A stretch of DNA of 64,000 bases from Candidatus Anoxymicrobiaceae bacterium (GTDB lineage: Bacteria; Actinomycetota; Geothermincolia; Fen-727; Anoxymicrobiaceae): contig DAIUEJ010000009.1 of the NCBI GenBank assembly GCA_036845225.1, forward strand, positions 1,316-65,315, written 5' to 3'. The translations under genes and the position numbers were made by a program. Position 1 is the stretch's first letter. Each line of letters opens with the position of its first letter. The notes under the pieces were generated by a model. The model was not told where the DNA came from. It saw only the letters and a list, made by a program, of their open reading frames with translations, and made no database searches. Below are positions 46,986 through 57,296 of the stretch, piece by piece.

Positions 46986-47771
46986 TCAGGCTTCCTGCTT
47001 CGCTTTCTCCACGGCGCCGGCCAGGTCCTCTTCGGTCGCGGCCCGGCCGCGCGAGACTTTGACAAAGAACTCCACGTTGCCCTTAGGCCCTCTGATGCGC
47101 GACGGCGTGACCGCCTCCATCACCAGGTCCTTTTCCTCAAGCCACCGCTTGAGCCCCAGCAGGACTTCCAGGTGCGTCGCCGGGTCACGGACCACGCCCT
47201 TTGGAGCCATTCCGAGGCCTGCTTCGAACTGGGGCTTCACCAGCGCGAGGACTTCTGCGCCGGTCTTCAAGCATGCTATCACGGGCTCGATCACCTTCTC
47301 GAGCGAGATGAACGAGACGTCGATGGTCGCGAGCCCTGGCTGGTATGGCAGGTCCTCTGATGAGAGCTCACGCGCATTGCGGCCCTCCAGCACGGTGACG
47401 CGGGTGTCCCGCCTCAGTTTCCAGTGGAGCTGCCCTTTGCCCACGTCCAGCGCGATCACCCTGGCAGCGCCCATTGCGAGCAGGCAGTCGGTGAATCCGC
47501 CGGTCGACGCGCCGACGTCAAGCACGTCCAGGCCACCGACGTCAAAGTCAAAATCCTCGAGCGCCCCCTCGAGCTTGAGGCCTCCACGCGACACGTAACG
47601 CGATGCGGGCTCACGGACGTCGATGCTCTCCGATCCGCTCACCTGCGTGCCGGGCTTGACGTCGTCGCGGCCGTCCACCGACACCAGGCCTTCCATCACC
47701 GCCGCCCTGGCGCGCGCCCGGCTCTCGAAAAAGCCCTCGTCCGCCAGGAACTGGTCGAGCCTCCTCTTCAT
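46986..47771 (-). CDS. tlyA: TlyA family rRNA (cytidine-2'-O)-methyltransferase (hemolysin A)
   Basis: It has an N-terminal S4 domain (RLDQFLADEGFFESRARARAAVMEGLV) and the SAM-binding …VLDVGASTGGFTD… motif. Confidence 0.9.
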   Translation of the reverse strand: MKRRLDQFLADEGFFESRARARAAVMEGLVSVDGRDDVKPGTQVSGSESIDVREPASRYVSRGGLKLEGALEDFDFDVGGLDVLDVGASTGGFTDCLLAMGAARVIALDVGKGQLHWKLRRDTRVTVLEGRNARELSSEDLPYQPGLATIDVSFISLEKVIEPVIACLKTGAEVLALVKPQFEAGLGMAPKGVVRDPATHLEVLLGLKRWLEEKDLVMEAVTPSRIRGPKGNVEFFVKVSRGRAATEEDLAGAVEKAKQEA

Positions 47772-49651
47772 CAGCCTTCGAGGGCCAGCAGCACCCGGGA
47801 GGCTACCGCCCCGGCCGACAGGCCCACCTGCTCCAGTAGCTCCGGGATCGACCCGTGTTCTATGTAGCTGTCGGGCAGGCCGAGGACCAGCACCCTCGCC
47901 CCCTCCTCCGTGGCATCGACTATCGATTCGATCCCGCTGCCGTAGCCACCCGCCACGACATTGTCTTCCAGGGTGACGATGAGCTTCTTCCCGCTCGCGA
48001 CGGAACCAACGAATCCTTCATCTATCGGCTTGGCGAAACGAGCGTTGACCACTGTGGCCGCGACGCCCTGCCCGGCGAGCAGCCCTGCCGCTTCCAGCGC
48101 CACCGCGACCATGTCGCCCAGCGCGAAGAGAGCCACGTCGTCGCCCTCTTTTACGACCTCGCCCTGTCCGTTCGCGAGCGCACTGGCTCCGACGCCGTCA
48201 AGCTCCAGCGCCTCGCCGCGTGGGAAACGCACTGCCACCGGGCCGCCGGCATCCAGCGCGAACCGCAGCATCGCATCCATCTCGCCGCCCGTCGCGGGTG
48301 CCATCACGGTCATGTTGGGGAGCATGCGCATGTACGATACGTCAAAGTACCCGTGGTGCGTCGCCCCGTCCTGCCCGACGACGCCGGCGCGGTCGACCGC
48401 AAAGACAACGGGAAGGTTGCCCAGGCATACGTCATGAGATATCTGGTCGAAGGCCCTCTGGAGGAACGTCGAGTAGATCGCCACGACCGGCTGGAGCCCC
48501 CCGAGCGCCAGGCCTGCCGCCAGGTTCACGCCGACCTGTTCCGCGATTCCCACGTCGAAGAACCTCTGCGGGAACCTCTTGCTGAACTCGTCCAGCCCTG
48601 TTCCGAGCTTCATCGCGGCCGTTATTGCAACCAGCCTGGGCCTCTGGCGCCCTAGCTCCACCATCGTATCGGAGAAGACGTCCGTGTAAGCGCGCGAACC
48701 GGCCTTGCTCTTCATCCGGCCGGTCGCGACGTCGAAGGACGAGACCCCATGGAACTCTGAGGGCCGCCTCTCGGCGTGCTCGTAACCTTTTCCCTTCATG
48801 GTCACCGCGTGGATCAGCACCGGCCCCTCGATTTCGCGGGCTTCGCGCACCGTTTCTTCCACCTCGGCGATGTTGTGACCATCGATGGGGCCGACGTACT
48901 TCAGCCCGAGGGCCTCGAAGAGCATCCCCGGCACCAGCGCGTGGGTGATGCTTTCCTTCACCTGCGAAGCGAGGTTGTAGAGGCCGTCGCCCAGGCCCGG
49001 CATGGTCCGCAGCACCTCCTCGAGCTCTTTCTTGAGGTGTGTGTAACCCGGCTTGATGCGAAGCCGCGACAGGTAGGCCGCCAGCCCTCCCACATTACGC
49101 GAGATGGACATCTCATTGTCGTTGAGCACGATGATGAGGTTCGACCCCAGCTGGTGCCCGGCCTGGTTCATCGCCTCGTAGGCCACCCCTGAGGTCATGG
49201 ACCCGTCCCCGATCACCGTGCAGATTGAGTAGTCCTCGCCGAGCAGGTCTCTCGCCAGCGCCAGCCCCAGCCCGTAGCTCAAAGCAGTCCCGGCGTGACC
49301 GCTGTTCACGACGTCGTGCGGGCTCTCGGAGCGCCGCGGAAAGCCGCTGATACCGCCTGACTGCCGCAGCGTGCGGAACTCCTCGCGCCTTCCGGTGATT
49401 ATCTTGTGGGCATAGGCCTGGTGCCCCACGTCCCAGATGATGCGGTCACGTGGAGAGTCCAGAGCGCGGTGGATGGCGATGGCCAGTTCCACGGCGCCAA
49501 GGCTCGAAGCCAGGTGCCCTCCGGCGGTGCTGGTCGTCTCGATTATTAACTGGCGTATCTCCGCAGCGAGGCGCGCAAGCTCCGATTCGTCAAGGAGCCG
49601 CAGGTCGCGCGGGGAGTCCACGCAAGAGAGGACCGAAGGCTTTTCTTTCAA
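47771..49651 (-). CDS. dxs: 1-deoxy-D-xylulose-5-phosphate synthase
   Basis: The 626 aa product has the TPP-binding motif …GHQAYAHK…, …GDGSMTSG… and a transketolase-like C-terminal domain. Confidence 0.95.
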   Translation of the reverse strand: MKEKPSVLSCVDSPRDLRLLDESELARLAAEIRQLIIETTSTAGGHLASSLGAVELAIAIHRALDSPRDRIIWDVGHQAYAHKIITGRREEFRTLRQSGGISGFPRRSESPHDVVNSGHAGTALSYGLGLALARDLLGEDYSICTVIGDGSMTSGVAYEAMNQAGHQLGSNLIIVLNDNEMSISRNVGGLAAYLSRLRIKPGYTHLKKELEEVLRTMPGLGDGLYNLASQVKESITHALVPGMLFEALGLKYVGPIDGHNIAEVEETVREAREIEGPVLIHAVTMKGKGYEHAERRPSEFHGVSSFDVATGRMKSKAGSRAYTDVFSDTMVELGRQRPRLVAITAAMKLGTGLDEFSKRFPQRFFDVGIAEQVGVNLAAGLALGGLQPVVAIYSTFLQRAFDQISHDVCLGNLPVVFAVDRAGVVGQDGATHHGYFDVSYMRMLPNMTVMAPATGGEMDAMLRFALDAGGPVAVRFPRGEALELDGVGASALANGQGEVVKEGDDVALFALGDMVAVALEAAGLLAGQGVAATVVNARFAKPIDEGFVGSVASGKKLIVTLEDNVVAGGYGSGIESIVDATEEGARVLVLGLPDSYIEHGSIPELLEQVGLSAGAVASRVLLALEG

Positions 49652-49808
49652 GTCATCCTACGTTTCGCGGGCCGATCGTCCGTGCGCGGGACCGCAAACC
49701 TGCTCAGGTCCCAACCTCAATCTCATTGTACAGAACGGCCCGCCCCACGTACAGCGAAGGCGCTCTATCAAGGGCAAATGCAAACCAACCGTGTGCTAGA
49801 ATATCGCC

Positions 49809-51095
49809 ATGGACCTTCCCAGCAAGCACGTTCTCTACTTTGCCAAGCGCATTGGCGCGCGAGGCGCAGGAAGCGACGGCGAAGCGGCCGCCGCTTCTTA
49901 CGTTCTGCGCTCGTTCAAGGGCTCCGACCTCGAGGTCGAGATGGAGACTTTCTCCTCATGGAAGTCAGACCTGCACGCCCTGTTGATCCTGTACCTGCTC
50001 ACCGTTGGGGCCTTCGGGCTGTACCGTCTCACCTACGCCGTGGGCCTCGCTGTGGCCATCCTGGTGTTCCTGGTCTTCCAGATGGAGACCTACACCTGGG
50101 CCGTGGTCTCAAGGCTGCTTCCGCGCAGCAGCGCCTCCAACGTGATTGGGCGGGTGCGGCCGAAGAGCAGCGTCCGGCAGAAGGTCGTCCTGGTGGCCAA
50201 CTACGACAGCGCCAGGAGTTCGCCGCTGGGCGGGCGCAGGGCCGCCAGGCTGTTCAGGCTTATCTACATAATCTCGTTCGCCAGTATGATCGCGGTGATG
50301 CTGGTCGGCTTCTTCGGAGTCGGCGCGTCGCTCACCAAGATAAGCGCGAACACGGTGTCGCTGGTGTGGTTGTTCACGTCGCCTTTCGCCGCCTACCTCG
50401 CCATCCTTTCGATCGTGATCCTCTGGGGTGAGTCCCGCGGACGCTACACCGCAGGGGCGAACGACAACGCATCGGGCGTCGGGGCCATGCTGGCGGTGAT
50501 GTCCTCGGTGGGCGAAAAGCCCCTGGAGCAGACGGAGGTCTGGGGAGTCGCCACGGGGAGGGGATGCGCCGGGGCGCGCGGCATGATCGCATTTCTGCAC
50601 CGGCACCGGCACACCATGCGCGACGCTTACATCATCAACCTCGACCACTGCGGAGCCGGAGACACCAGGATCCTCACGCGCGAAGGCGCCATGTTCGGCT
50701 TTCGCTGCTCCTGGCGTCTCAGGCGCATGGCCATGGACGCCGCCGGGGGCGCCAATGGGATCGACCTCGGCAAAGGCAAGTGCAGGGTCAAGAAGAGCGA
50801 CGCCATGGCGGCGCGGGTCAGGGGGTTCAAGGCGATCACAATCGGCGGCACCGTCGGCGGCGCCTTCGCCGGCTGGCGCAACGCGGACGACACCCTCGAC
50901 ACCATCCAGAGGGAATCGCTCGACCGCGCGGTCAAGCTGGTGGGCCTGCTCCTCGAGGAGATCGACCGCGGCACCCGCTCCAAAAGAGCCCCTCGTGAGC
51001 GGCGGCGCGAAGAAGAGCCGGAAGCCGAAGAGGCGCCCATCGAAGGCCTGCCACCGGTGCAGGAAGAGCTCCCGCTCGGGCCGGACGACGCCTGA
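49809..51095 (+). CDS. M28 family zinc aminopeptidase with inserted transmembrane segments
   Basis: It has the …AGANDNASGVGAMLAV… M28 metal-ligand motif. Four or five hydrophobic helices lie between the N-terminal region and the catalytic region. The C-terminus is a charged tail. Confidence 0.75.
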   Translation: MDLPSKHVLYFAKRIGARGAGSDGEAAAASYVLRSFKGSDLEVEMETFSSWKSDLHALLILYLLTVGAFGLYRLTYAVGLAVAILVFLVFQMETYTWAVVSRLLPRSSASNVIGRVRPKSSVRQKVVLVANYDSARSSPLGGRRAARLFRLIYIISFASMIAVMLVGFFGVGASLTKISANTVSLVWLFTSPFAAYLAILSIVILWGESRGRYTAGANDNASGVGAMLAVMSSVGEKPLEQTEVWGVATGRGCAGARGMIAFLHRHRHTMRDAYIINLDHCGAGDTRILTREGAMFGFRCSWRLRRMAMDAAGGANGIDLGKGKCRVKKSDAMAARVRGFKAITIGGTVGGAFAGWRNADDTLDTIQRESLDRAVKLVGLLLEEIDRGTRSKRAPRERRREEEPEAEEAPIEGLPPVQEELPLGPDDA

Positions 51096-51098
51096 GGC

Positions 51099-51518
51099 CT
51101 ACTCGCCCATCACCTGGCAGACTATCTCCCTCGAGCGTGACCTGTTGTCGAAGTCCACGAGCACGATCTGCTGCCAGATGCCCAGTTCGAGCTTGCCCGC
51201 GTTGAAAGGCACGGTCAGAGAGGGGCCCTGCAGCGCGGCTCGTACGTGGGCGTGCCCGTTGCCGTCGTGCCAGCGCTTGTTGTGATGGTACTCCCGGGAC
51301 TGGGGGGCGAGTCGCTCATACATCTCGTCCATGTCCTCCACGAGGCCGGGCTCGTACTCGATGGTGGTCACCGACGCGGTCGCCCCGGGGACAAAGACCG
51401 TCACCGTCCCCGCGTCCAGGCCGGACCTGCCGACCGCCGCCGAGACCTCGGAGGTGATGTCGATGACCTCGGCGTCGCCCCGCGTGGAGAGGCTGAACGT
51501 CTCCCGGACTACGGCCAT
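51099..51518 (-). CDS. YjbQ/UPF0047 family protein (secondary thiamine-phosphate synthase enzyme)
   Basis: The 139 aa product contains …HNKRWHDGNGHAHVRAALQGPS…, which is characteristic of the YjbQ family. Confidence 0.8.
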   Translation of the reverse strand: MAVVRETFSLSTRGDAEVIDITSEVSAAVGRSGLDAGTVTVFVPGATASVTTIEYEPGLVEDMDEMYERLAPQSREYHHNKRWHDGNGHAHVRAALQGPSLTVPFNAGKLELGIWQQIVLVDFDNRSRSREIVCQVMGE

Positions 51519-51524
51519 CGAGCG

Positions 51525-51962
51525 TCACATCGCGTAGAGTTCTTCGGCCGGGATGACCCGGAAGCCCGCGGCCTTCAGCGCGCCGACGCCCTGCTCGGCC
51601 TCTTCGACCCTGATGATGACTATCGCATTGTCCGCTGCCTTCTCGAGGAAGCAGTACAGGTACTCTATGTTCATCTCCTGCTCGACGAGCGGCTTCATGA
51701 CCTCCGCGAGCCCACCCGGCCTGTCGTCCACCTCCACCGCGATGACGCTGGTCTCCTTGACCGTGAAGCCCTTCGCCTTGAGGCCGTCGTGAGCTTTATC
51801 GGGGTCGTCGACTATCAGGCGGACTACTCCGAACTCGCTGGTATCGGCGACGCAGAGAGCCCTGATGTTCGAGCCGATCTCGCCGAGGCTGCGGGTCACG
51901 TCGAGCAGCCTTCCCGACTTGTTCTCCAGAAAAACAGATATCTGCTTGACTGCCATCTGCAA
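51525..51962 (-). CDS. Tandem ACT-domain protein
   Basis: The 145 aa product has two ACT-like beta-alpha-beta-beta-alpha-beta modules. It lies immediately downstream of paaK, a common pairing in anaerobes. Confidence 0.75.
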   Translation of the reverse strand: MQMAVKQISVFLENKSGRLLDVTRSLGEIGSNIRALCVADTSEFGVVRLIVDDPDKAHDGLKAKGFTVKETSVIAVEVDDRPGGLAEVMKPLVEQEMNIEYLYCFLEKAADNAIVIIRVEEAEQGVGALKAAGFRVIPAEELYAM

Positions 51963-51966
51963 CCCC

Positions 51967-53274
51967 CTAGATGTCGCGGTTGTCTATCACGCGGACGGCC
52001 TTGCCTTCGCTCCGTGCGATGCTCCTCGGCTCCATCAGCATGACCTTCGCGCCGATGCCGAGGTAGCTCTCGATCTCCGCCTGGATGACCTCCTGCCACT
52101 CCTCGAGGCCGCGGATCCTGTCCGAGAACATCTCCTCCGAGACTTCCACCTGGACCTCGAGCATGTCGAGCCCGGCTTCCCGCTCCACTATTATCTGGTA
52201 GTGCGGCGAGATGCCCTCGATCTGCATCAGGACCGTCTCGATCTGCGATGGGAAGACGTTGACCCCCCTGATGATGAGCATGTCGTCGGACCTGCCCCTC
52301 ACCCTCTGCATCCGCACGTGTGTCCGCCCGCACGGGCAGGCGTCGTCGCTCAGGGTCGTGATGTCGCGGGTCCTGTACCTGATCAGCGGCATTCCGTGCT
52401 TGTTGATGGTCGTGAAGACGAGTTCGCCCTGCTCGCCCACCGCCGTCTTCTTCTGTGTCCCCGGGTCGATCGTCTCGGCGATGAAGGCGTCCTCGAAGAT
52501 GTGGAGCCCGTTCTTGTACTCGCACTCGATCGACACGCCCGGCCCCATCACCTCGGAGAGCCCGTATATGTCGAAGGCGGAGAGGTTGAGCAGCCGCTCT
52601 ATCTTGTCGCGCATCCTGTCGCTCCACGGCTCCGCCCCGAAGACGCCGGACTTCAGCTTCAGCTCCTTGAAGTCTATGTCCATCTCCTGCGCGGTCTCCG
52701 CCATGAAGAGGGCGTAGGACGGGGTGCAGCAGAGGACGGTGGCCCCCAGGTCGGCCATCATCCTGATCTGCCGCTTGGTGTTGCCACCCGATATCGGGAT
52801 CACCGAAGCGCCCATCTTCTCTACGCCGTAGTGCAGCCCGAGCCCGCCGGTGAAAAGGCCGTAGCCGTAAGCGACCTGGATGATGTCGGACGAGTCGGCG
52901 TTGCACGCCGAGAGGCACCTCGCTACCAGCTCGGCCCAGACATCGATGTCGCGTCGTGTGTAACCCACCACTGTCGGTATGCCTGTGGTGCCCGAAGAAG
53001 CGTGTATCCGGACTATGTCACGGGTCGGGACCGCGAACATGCCGAACGGGTAGTTCTCGCGAAGGTCGTCTTTCGTCGTGAAAGGGAGCTTCTCGATGTC
53101 ATCGAGCGACTTGATGTCCTTCCAGCTTATCTCGCGCTCGCGGAGTCTCATGCGGTAGAAGGGGACCATCTCCTCGCACCGCTTCACAGTGTCCTTGAGC
53201 CTCGTGAGTTGGAGCTCGGACAGTTGCGCCCTGTCCATGGTCTCTATCTCAGGGTTGTACACTCGTTTCACCAC
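51967..53274 (-). CDS. paaK: Phenylacetate--CoA ligase
   Basis: The 435 aa product has …[10 protein letters not shown]… (AMP-binding P-loop), …YGLSE…, and PaaK-specific N- and C-terminal domains. Confidence 0.9.
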   Translation of the reverse strand: MVKRVYNPEIETMDRAQLSELQLTRLKDTVKRCEEMVPFYRMRLREREISWKDIKSLDDIEKLPFTTKDDLRENYPFGMFAVPTRDIVRIHASSGTTGIPTVVGYTRRDIDVWAELVARCLSACNADSSDIIQVAYGYGLFTGGLGLHYGVEKMGASVIPISGGNTKRQIRMMADLGATVLCCTPSYALFMAETAQEMDIDFKELKLKSGVFGAEPWSDRMRDKIERLLNLSAFDIYGLSEVMGPGVSIECEYKNGLHIFEDAFIAETIDPGTQKKTAVGEQGELVFTTINKHGMPLIRYRTRDITTLSDDACPCGRTHVRMQRVRGRSDDMLIIRGVNVFPSQIETVLMQIEGISPHYQIIVEREAGLDMLEVQVEVSEEMFSDRIRGLEEWQEVIQAEIESYLGIGAKVMLMEPRSIARSEGKAVRVIDNRDI

Positions 53275-53346
53275 CTTGGATGTCGAGAAGCCAAAACAGC
53301 AACATATTCTAACATATTGTCAAAGCGGAGCAGCCACTCCCGGAGG

Positions 53347-54150
53347 CTACTCCTCGAGGAGTGCGGCGAGGTTTTTTCTGACGTAAGTCGGACGTATACC
53401 GAGCCTGACGACATCCTCTTCAGTGGAGACCCCGCTCAGCACCAGCAGGGTGTCTACGCCAGCGGCGATGCCGGCCGCGACGTCGCTGTCCAGGCGGTCG
53501 CCGACCATCAGCGACTCGGCGGCGGAGGCGCCCAACCTCCCGAGCGCCAGCTCGACGAACAGGGGGTTCGGCTTGCCGACCACGACCGGCTCGCGCCCCG
53601 CGCCGGTGGTGACCGCGGCGACCATCGTTCCCGCGCCGGGCCAGAGGCCGTCCGGGGTCGGATAGGTCGCATCAGTGTTCGTGGCGATGTAGGTCGCGCC
53701 GTTCCGTATCGCGACGACCGCGGCCTTGAGCTTCTCGAAATCGAAGTGCCGGTCCCAGCCGACCATCACGAAATCCGCGTGAGCCGACTCTGCGGGCTCC
53801 AGCACCCGGAGCCCGACCTCCTCGAGCTCCACCAGCAGGCCTTTCTCCCCGATCACCAGCGCGGTCTTTCCGGCAGTGGAAAAGTTGCGCTCGAGGTAGA
53901 ACCGCGCGGCGTTCGCGGAGGTGACCACGTTCTCGGCGATGATGTCGACGCCGGCGCGCTGCAAGCGCTCGACGTACATGTCCGGCATAGCGACCGAGTT
54001 GTTGGTGAGAAACACGAACGGAGTGCCGGTTTCCTGCATGTGCCGTATGACCCCGGCGGAGCCGGGTATCGGGTCGTGCAGCAGATATATGACGCCGTCG
54101 AGGTCGATGATGAATGCCCGGTACTGCTCGATGAGCGGTGCCAACAGCAC
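53347..54150 (-). CDS. HAD-IIA family phosphatase (NagD-like)
   Basis: The product begins IIDLDGVIY… (the DxD nucleophile motif) and has …VGKPNP… and …MVGDRLDSD… motifs. Confidence 0.85.
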   Translation of the reverse strand: MLLAPLIEQYRAFIIDLDGVIYLLHDPIPGSAGVIRHMQETGTPFVFLTNNSVAMPDMYVERLQRAGVDIIAENVVTSANAARFYLERNFSTAGKTALVIGEKGLLVELEEVGLRVLEPAESAHADFVMVGWDRHFDFEKLKAAVVAIRNGATYIATNTDATYPTPDGLWPGAGTMVAAVTTGAGREPVVVGKPNPLFVELALGRLGASAAESLMVGDRLDSDVAAGIAAGVDTLLVLSGVSTEEDVVRLGIRPTYVRKNLAALLEE

Positions 54151-54152
54151 CC

Positions 54153-54548
54153 CTATCCCACCCCGCGCGCCGGCGTTTTGGCGGTGCCCGGCGCGCCGAA
54201 CCTGCGCGCCATATCCCGGTAAGCCTCATCAGGCTTCAAGGACCAGGCGAGCTTGAAATGCCCCGCCGCCCGCGTCTTCCTGAAGAGCTTGAGGTAACAG
54301 AGGCCGAGGCAATAGTGCGCGTAATCGTTGGTGGGGTCGACCTCCAGCGCCTCCTCGAAGCACCCCGCGGCTTCGCGATATTGACGGGAAGAGTAATCCG
54401 CCCTGCCGAGCGCTTCGAGGATCGAGCCCTTCCCGGGGGCAGCCTGGCGGGCCCTCTCCAGGAGGACCGCCGCCTGCGCCGGGTTTCCGTTATCGAGCAT
54501 CTCCAGGCCGCGCCCCAGCAGTGCGTAGGCCTTCTGTTCTTCGACCAT
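54153..54548 (-). CDS. Tetratricopeptide-repeat protein
   Basis: The 131 aa product has three TPR-like helix pairs (…YREAAGCFEEALEVDPTNDYAHYCLGLCYLKL…). Confidence 0.7.
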   Translation of the reverse strand: MVEEQKAYALLGRGLEMLDNGNPAQAAVLLERARQAAPGKGSILEALGRADYSSRQYREAAGCFEEALEVDPTNDYAHYCLGLCYLKLFRKTRAAGHFKLAWSLKPDEAYRDMARRFGAPGTAKTPARGVG

Positions 54549-54657
54549 GCATTCTTCACCATCCGTAGTTTCCGGGCCTGGCGGCTGTCGCCGGCCACGC
54601 TTATGTTAGCACCAGCGAGAAGGCAGGCGCACCACCCGGGTCTTCTCGCCCGCTCGA

Positions 54658-56412
54658 GTGCAAGGTCCCTACCCATCGAGTACTATTATTGGACTGTTCT
54701 TACAGTCAGTACAGCGCATGCCGGCAAACGGCGGAAAGGGTCCAGTGGAGGAGAAGTTCGGCAAAGGCAACGTCGAGCGTATAGGTGGGCTGTGGGTCCT
54801 GCATCTCAAGGGGACGTCCTTTGAGAGAGGGCTTCAGCACGGCACCCTGATGCGCTACCGGGTCCGCGAGACAATCAGTTTCTACCGCTCCCTGCCGGAG
54901 ACCCTGGCGAGCCGCGCCCTGAGCCCGGGTTCGTTCAAGCTGAAGGCCCTGCTGCGGCTCAAGCGATCGCTGGTCTCCCGATTCACGAAGAACCGCGACT
55001 CGGACGCTCTCGAGGAGATGCGCGGGCTCGCGGTGGGCCTGGGCCTCAAGGAAGAAGAGCTTGCGGAGGCCCTGGTGCTTGCGGACGTCTTCCAGGTCGT
55101 CTCGGCGATGGCAGAGCGCAGGCGCAGGGCCGGCCCGCCGGTGATCCCCGGCTTCGGCTGCACCAGCGCGGTCCGCCAGACACCTGAGAACCTCCTGTTT
55201 GCGCGCAACTTCGACTTCTGGGGGGCGGGTTACTGGGACGCCAACCCGGCCGTCATATTCCACCATCCCGACAAGGGAAAAGCATTCTGCTCGATCGCCA
55301 CCGCCGGCATGCCCACCGGCGGGATAACAAGCATCAACGAGGACGGGCTCGCGGTCGCGGTCCACCAGCACGCGTCCCGCGACGCCAGCGCTTCCGGCAC
55401 CCCGATCATCGACATCGCGCACGGGATAGTGAGGAATGCCGCCACAGTCGCCGAAGCGGTGGAGTTTGCATCTCGCAGCAATGCTACAGGCGGCTGGACG
55501 GTAGTGGTCGCCGGCTGCTGCGAGCCGTCCGCGGCGGCGATCGAGATGTCTGCGGCCGGTCAGAAGGTCCGCTACCTCAAAGACCACCTCCTGGTGGCAA
55601 CGAACAATTTTGTGGACGAGGAGCTCGCCCTCCGCGAGATCCAGGCCAACCTGAGCGCGACCATCGGTGACGGCGCCCGCTTCTCCCGCGCCGCCGAGCT
55701 CGCGGCTTCCTCGAGGGTGAGCGCGTCGCGCATGGCGGGCATCCTGGGAGACCACTACGACGTACTGGCCGGGCGGGAGAGGTCCGCCGGGTTCACGATA
55801 TCGCGCATCACCAACCTGTCGAGCGTGCTGTTCAGCCTCCCGGAAAAGCGGTTCTGGGTCTCTGAGTCCGGCGCGCCCGCCTCCAAAGGCGGCTTCGTGG
55901 GCTTCGACCTGGACGCCGAGCTGGGCGGGAAGCGCTCGACCATCGAGCGCCTGGAGGGGGCGCGCCCGCCGCGCGCCCGCACCACCGCGGCACAGGACCG
56001 CTACCTGGACGCTTACAAGCAGTACATCTACTCCGGCGACCTGAACCAGGTGCATGCCATCGTCGGCGAATGCGCTTCCATCGACGGCTCAGAGCCGACC
56101 TACCACCTCATGGAAGGGATACTGAGGTCCATGCTCGGGAACTTCAGGGGCGCCCTGAGCTCGGTCGAACGGTCACTCGAACTCGAGCCGGTGTCGCGCA
56201 AGTTGCCGGTCGAGCTGCTGTGGAAGGCGAGGATACTCGACCTCCTCGAGCGGCGGGAGAAGTCGGTCCCGCTCTATACGGACCTCTTCGAGGCTGAATC
56301 CAGCCCCCAGATCATCGCGCGGGCCACAAAGAGAGGCCGCCGCAGGGCCTTCAGGGAGAAGGACATCGCCGGGATCCTCCTCGACTTCACCAACGGCGAC
56401 ACCCTGGAGTAG
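54658..56412 (+). CDS. C45-family Ntn-hydrolase / acyl-CoA:6-aminopenicillanic-acid acyltransferase-like protein with a C-terminal helical extension
   Basis: It contains …VIPGFGCTSAV…, a Gly-Cys autoproteolytic/nucleophile site typical of the IAT/C45 family. The rest of the fold is consistent with Ntn hydrolases. The true start is possibly the internal Met (MPANGG…). Confidence 0.7.
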   Translation: MQGPYPSSTIIGLFLQSVQRMPANGGKGPVEEKFGKGNVERIGGLWVLHLKGTSFERGLQHGTLMRYRVRETISFYRSLPETLASRALSPGSFKLKALLRLKRSLVSRFTKNRDSDALEEMRGLAVGLGLKEEELAEALVLADVFQVVSAMAERRRRAGPPVIPGFGCTSAVRQTPENLLFARNFDFWGAGYWDANPAVIFHHPDKGKAFCSIATAGMPTGGITSINEDGLAVAVHQHASRDASASGTPIIDIAHGIVRNAATVAEAVEFASRSNATGGWTVVVAGCCEPSAAAIEMSAAGQKVRYLKDHLLVATNNFVDEELALREIQANLSATIGDGARFSRAAELAASSRVSASRMAGILGDHYDVLAGRERSAGFTISRITNLSSVLFSLPEKRFWVSESGAPASKGGFVGFDLDAELGGKRSTIERLEGARPPRARTTAAQDRYLDAYKQYIYSGDLNQVHAIVGECASIDGSEPTYHLMEGILRSMLGNFRGALSSVERSLELEPVSRKLPVELLWKARILDLLERREKSVPLYTDLFEAESSPQIIARATKRGRRRAFREKDIAGILLDFTNGDTLE

Positions 56413-56519
56413 CCCGCGGGGGCAAAGCCATTCTCAGCCGGCCGTCTGGTATCATGTTCCCTTGGACGCGAGAATGAACCGCGCCGCGCAGCGTACGGCG
56501 CGTCGAGAGGGAGGAAGAG

Positions 56520-57284
56520 ATGAAAGCCCCCAAGATGGAGACCATCACCATTGAGTTGGAGAACGGCATCGGTTACATGGTCCTGGACAGGCCCGAGAAG
56601 CTGAACGCGATGAACCCGGCGATGTTCGCGGAGCTCGGCACCGCGGCCGACTACCTCCGCGACGAGCCCGAGGTGAAAGTGATCGTCATCACCGGGCGCG
56701 GCCGCGCGTTCTGCGCGGGCATAGACACCACCAGCCTCGCGGATTTTCAGAGCACCGACCCGCATGAGTTCCGCGTCGTGGTCCGCAAGATCCAGCGCAA
56801 CTTCCGCGCTTTCGAGCTCATCGAGAAGCCGGTCATCGCGATGGTCAACGGCCACGCTCTGGGCGCCGGCACCGAGCTCTGCCTTGCGAGCGACATCATC
56901 CTCGCGAGCACGGAGGCGACATTCGGACTGCTGGAAGTCAACCTGGGACTGGTGGTGGACCTCGGCGGGACGCAGAGGCTCCCCCGCCTCATCGGGCTTC
57001 ACAAGGCGAAAGAACTCATCCTCACCGGCAAGACGATAGACGCCGCGGAAGCGGACCGCATCGGCCTCTTGAACGGGCTCTACGCGCCGGAGGAGCTCAA
57101 GCCCGCGACGCTCGCGCTAGCCAACCACCTCATGAGCCTTTCGCCCGTGGCTGTCGGCCTCTGCAAGATAGCCCTGGACCGGAGCGGAGACAGCAGCGTG
57201 GAATCAGGGCTCGAGTACGAGGCCCAGTCGCAGAGCCTGGCGTTCGCGTACGTCATGGAGAAGATGAGAAACGCCTCGGAGTAG
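56520..57284 (+). CDS. Enoyl-CoA hydratase/isomerase (crotonase) family protein
   Basis: It carries …ITGRGRAFCAGIDT… and …VNGHALGAGTELCLASD… crotonase-fold oxyanion-hole motifs. The RBS is GGGAGG. Confidence 0.9.
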   Translation: MKAPKMETITIELENGIGYMVLDRPEKLNAMNPAMFAELGTAADYLRDEPEVKVIVITGRGRAFCAGIDTTSLADFQSTDPHEFRVVVRKIQRNFRAFELIEKPVIAMVNGHALGAGTELCLASDIILASTEATFGLLEVNLGLVVDLGGTQRLPRLIGLHKAKELILTGKTIDAAEADRIGLLNGLYAPEELKPATLALANHLMSLSPVAVGLCKIALDRSGDSSVESGLEYEAQSQSLAFAYVMEKMRNASE

Positions 57285-57296
57285 ACGGGAGTCGAC

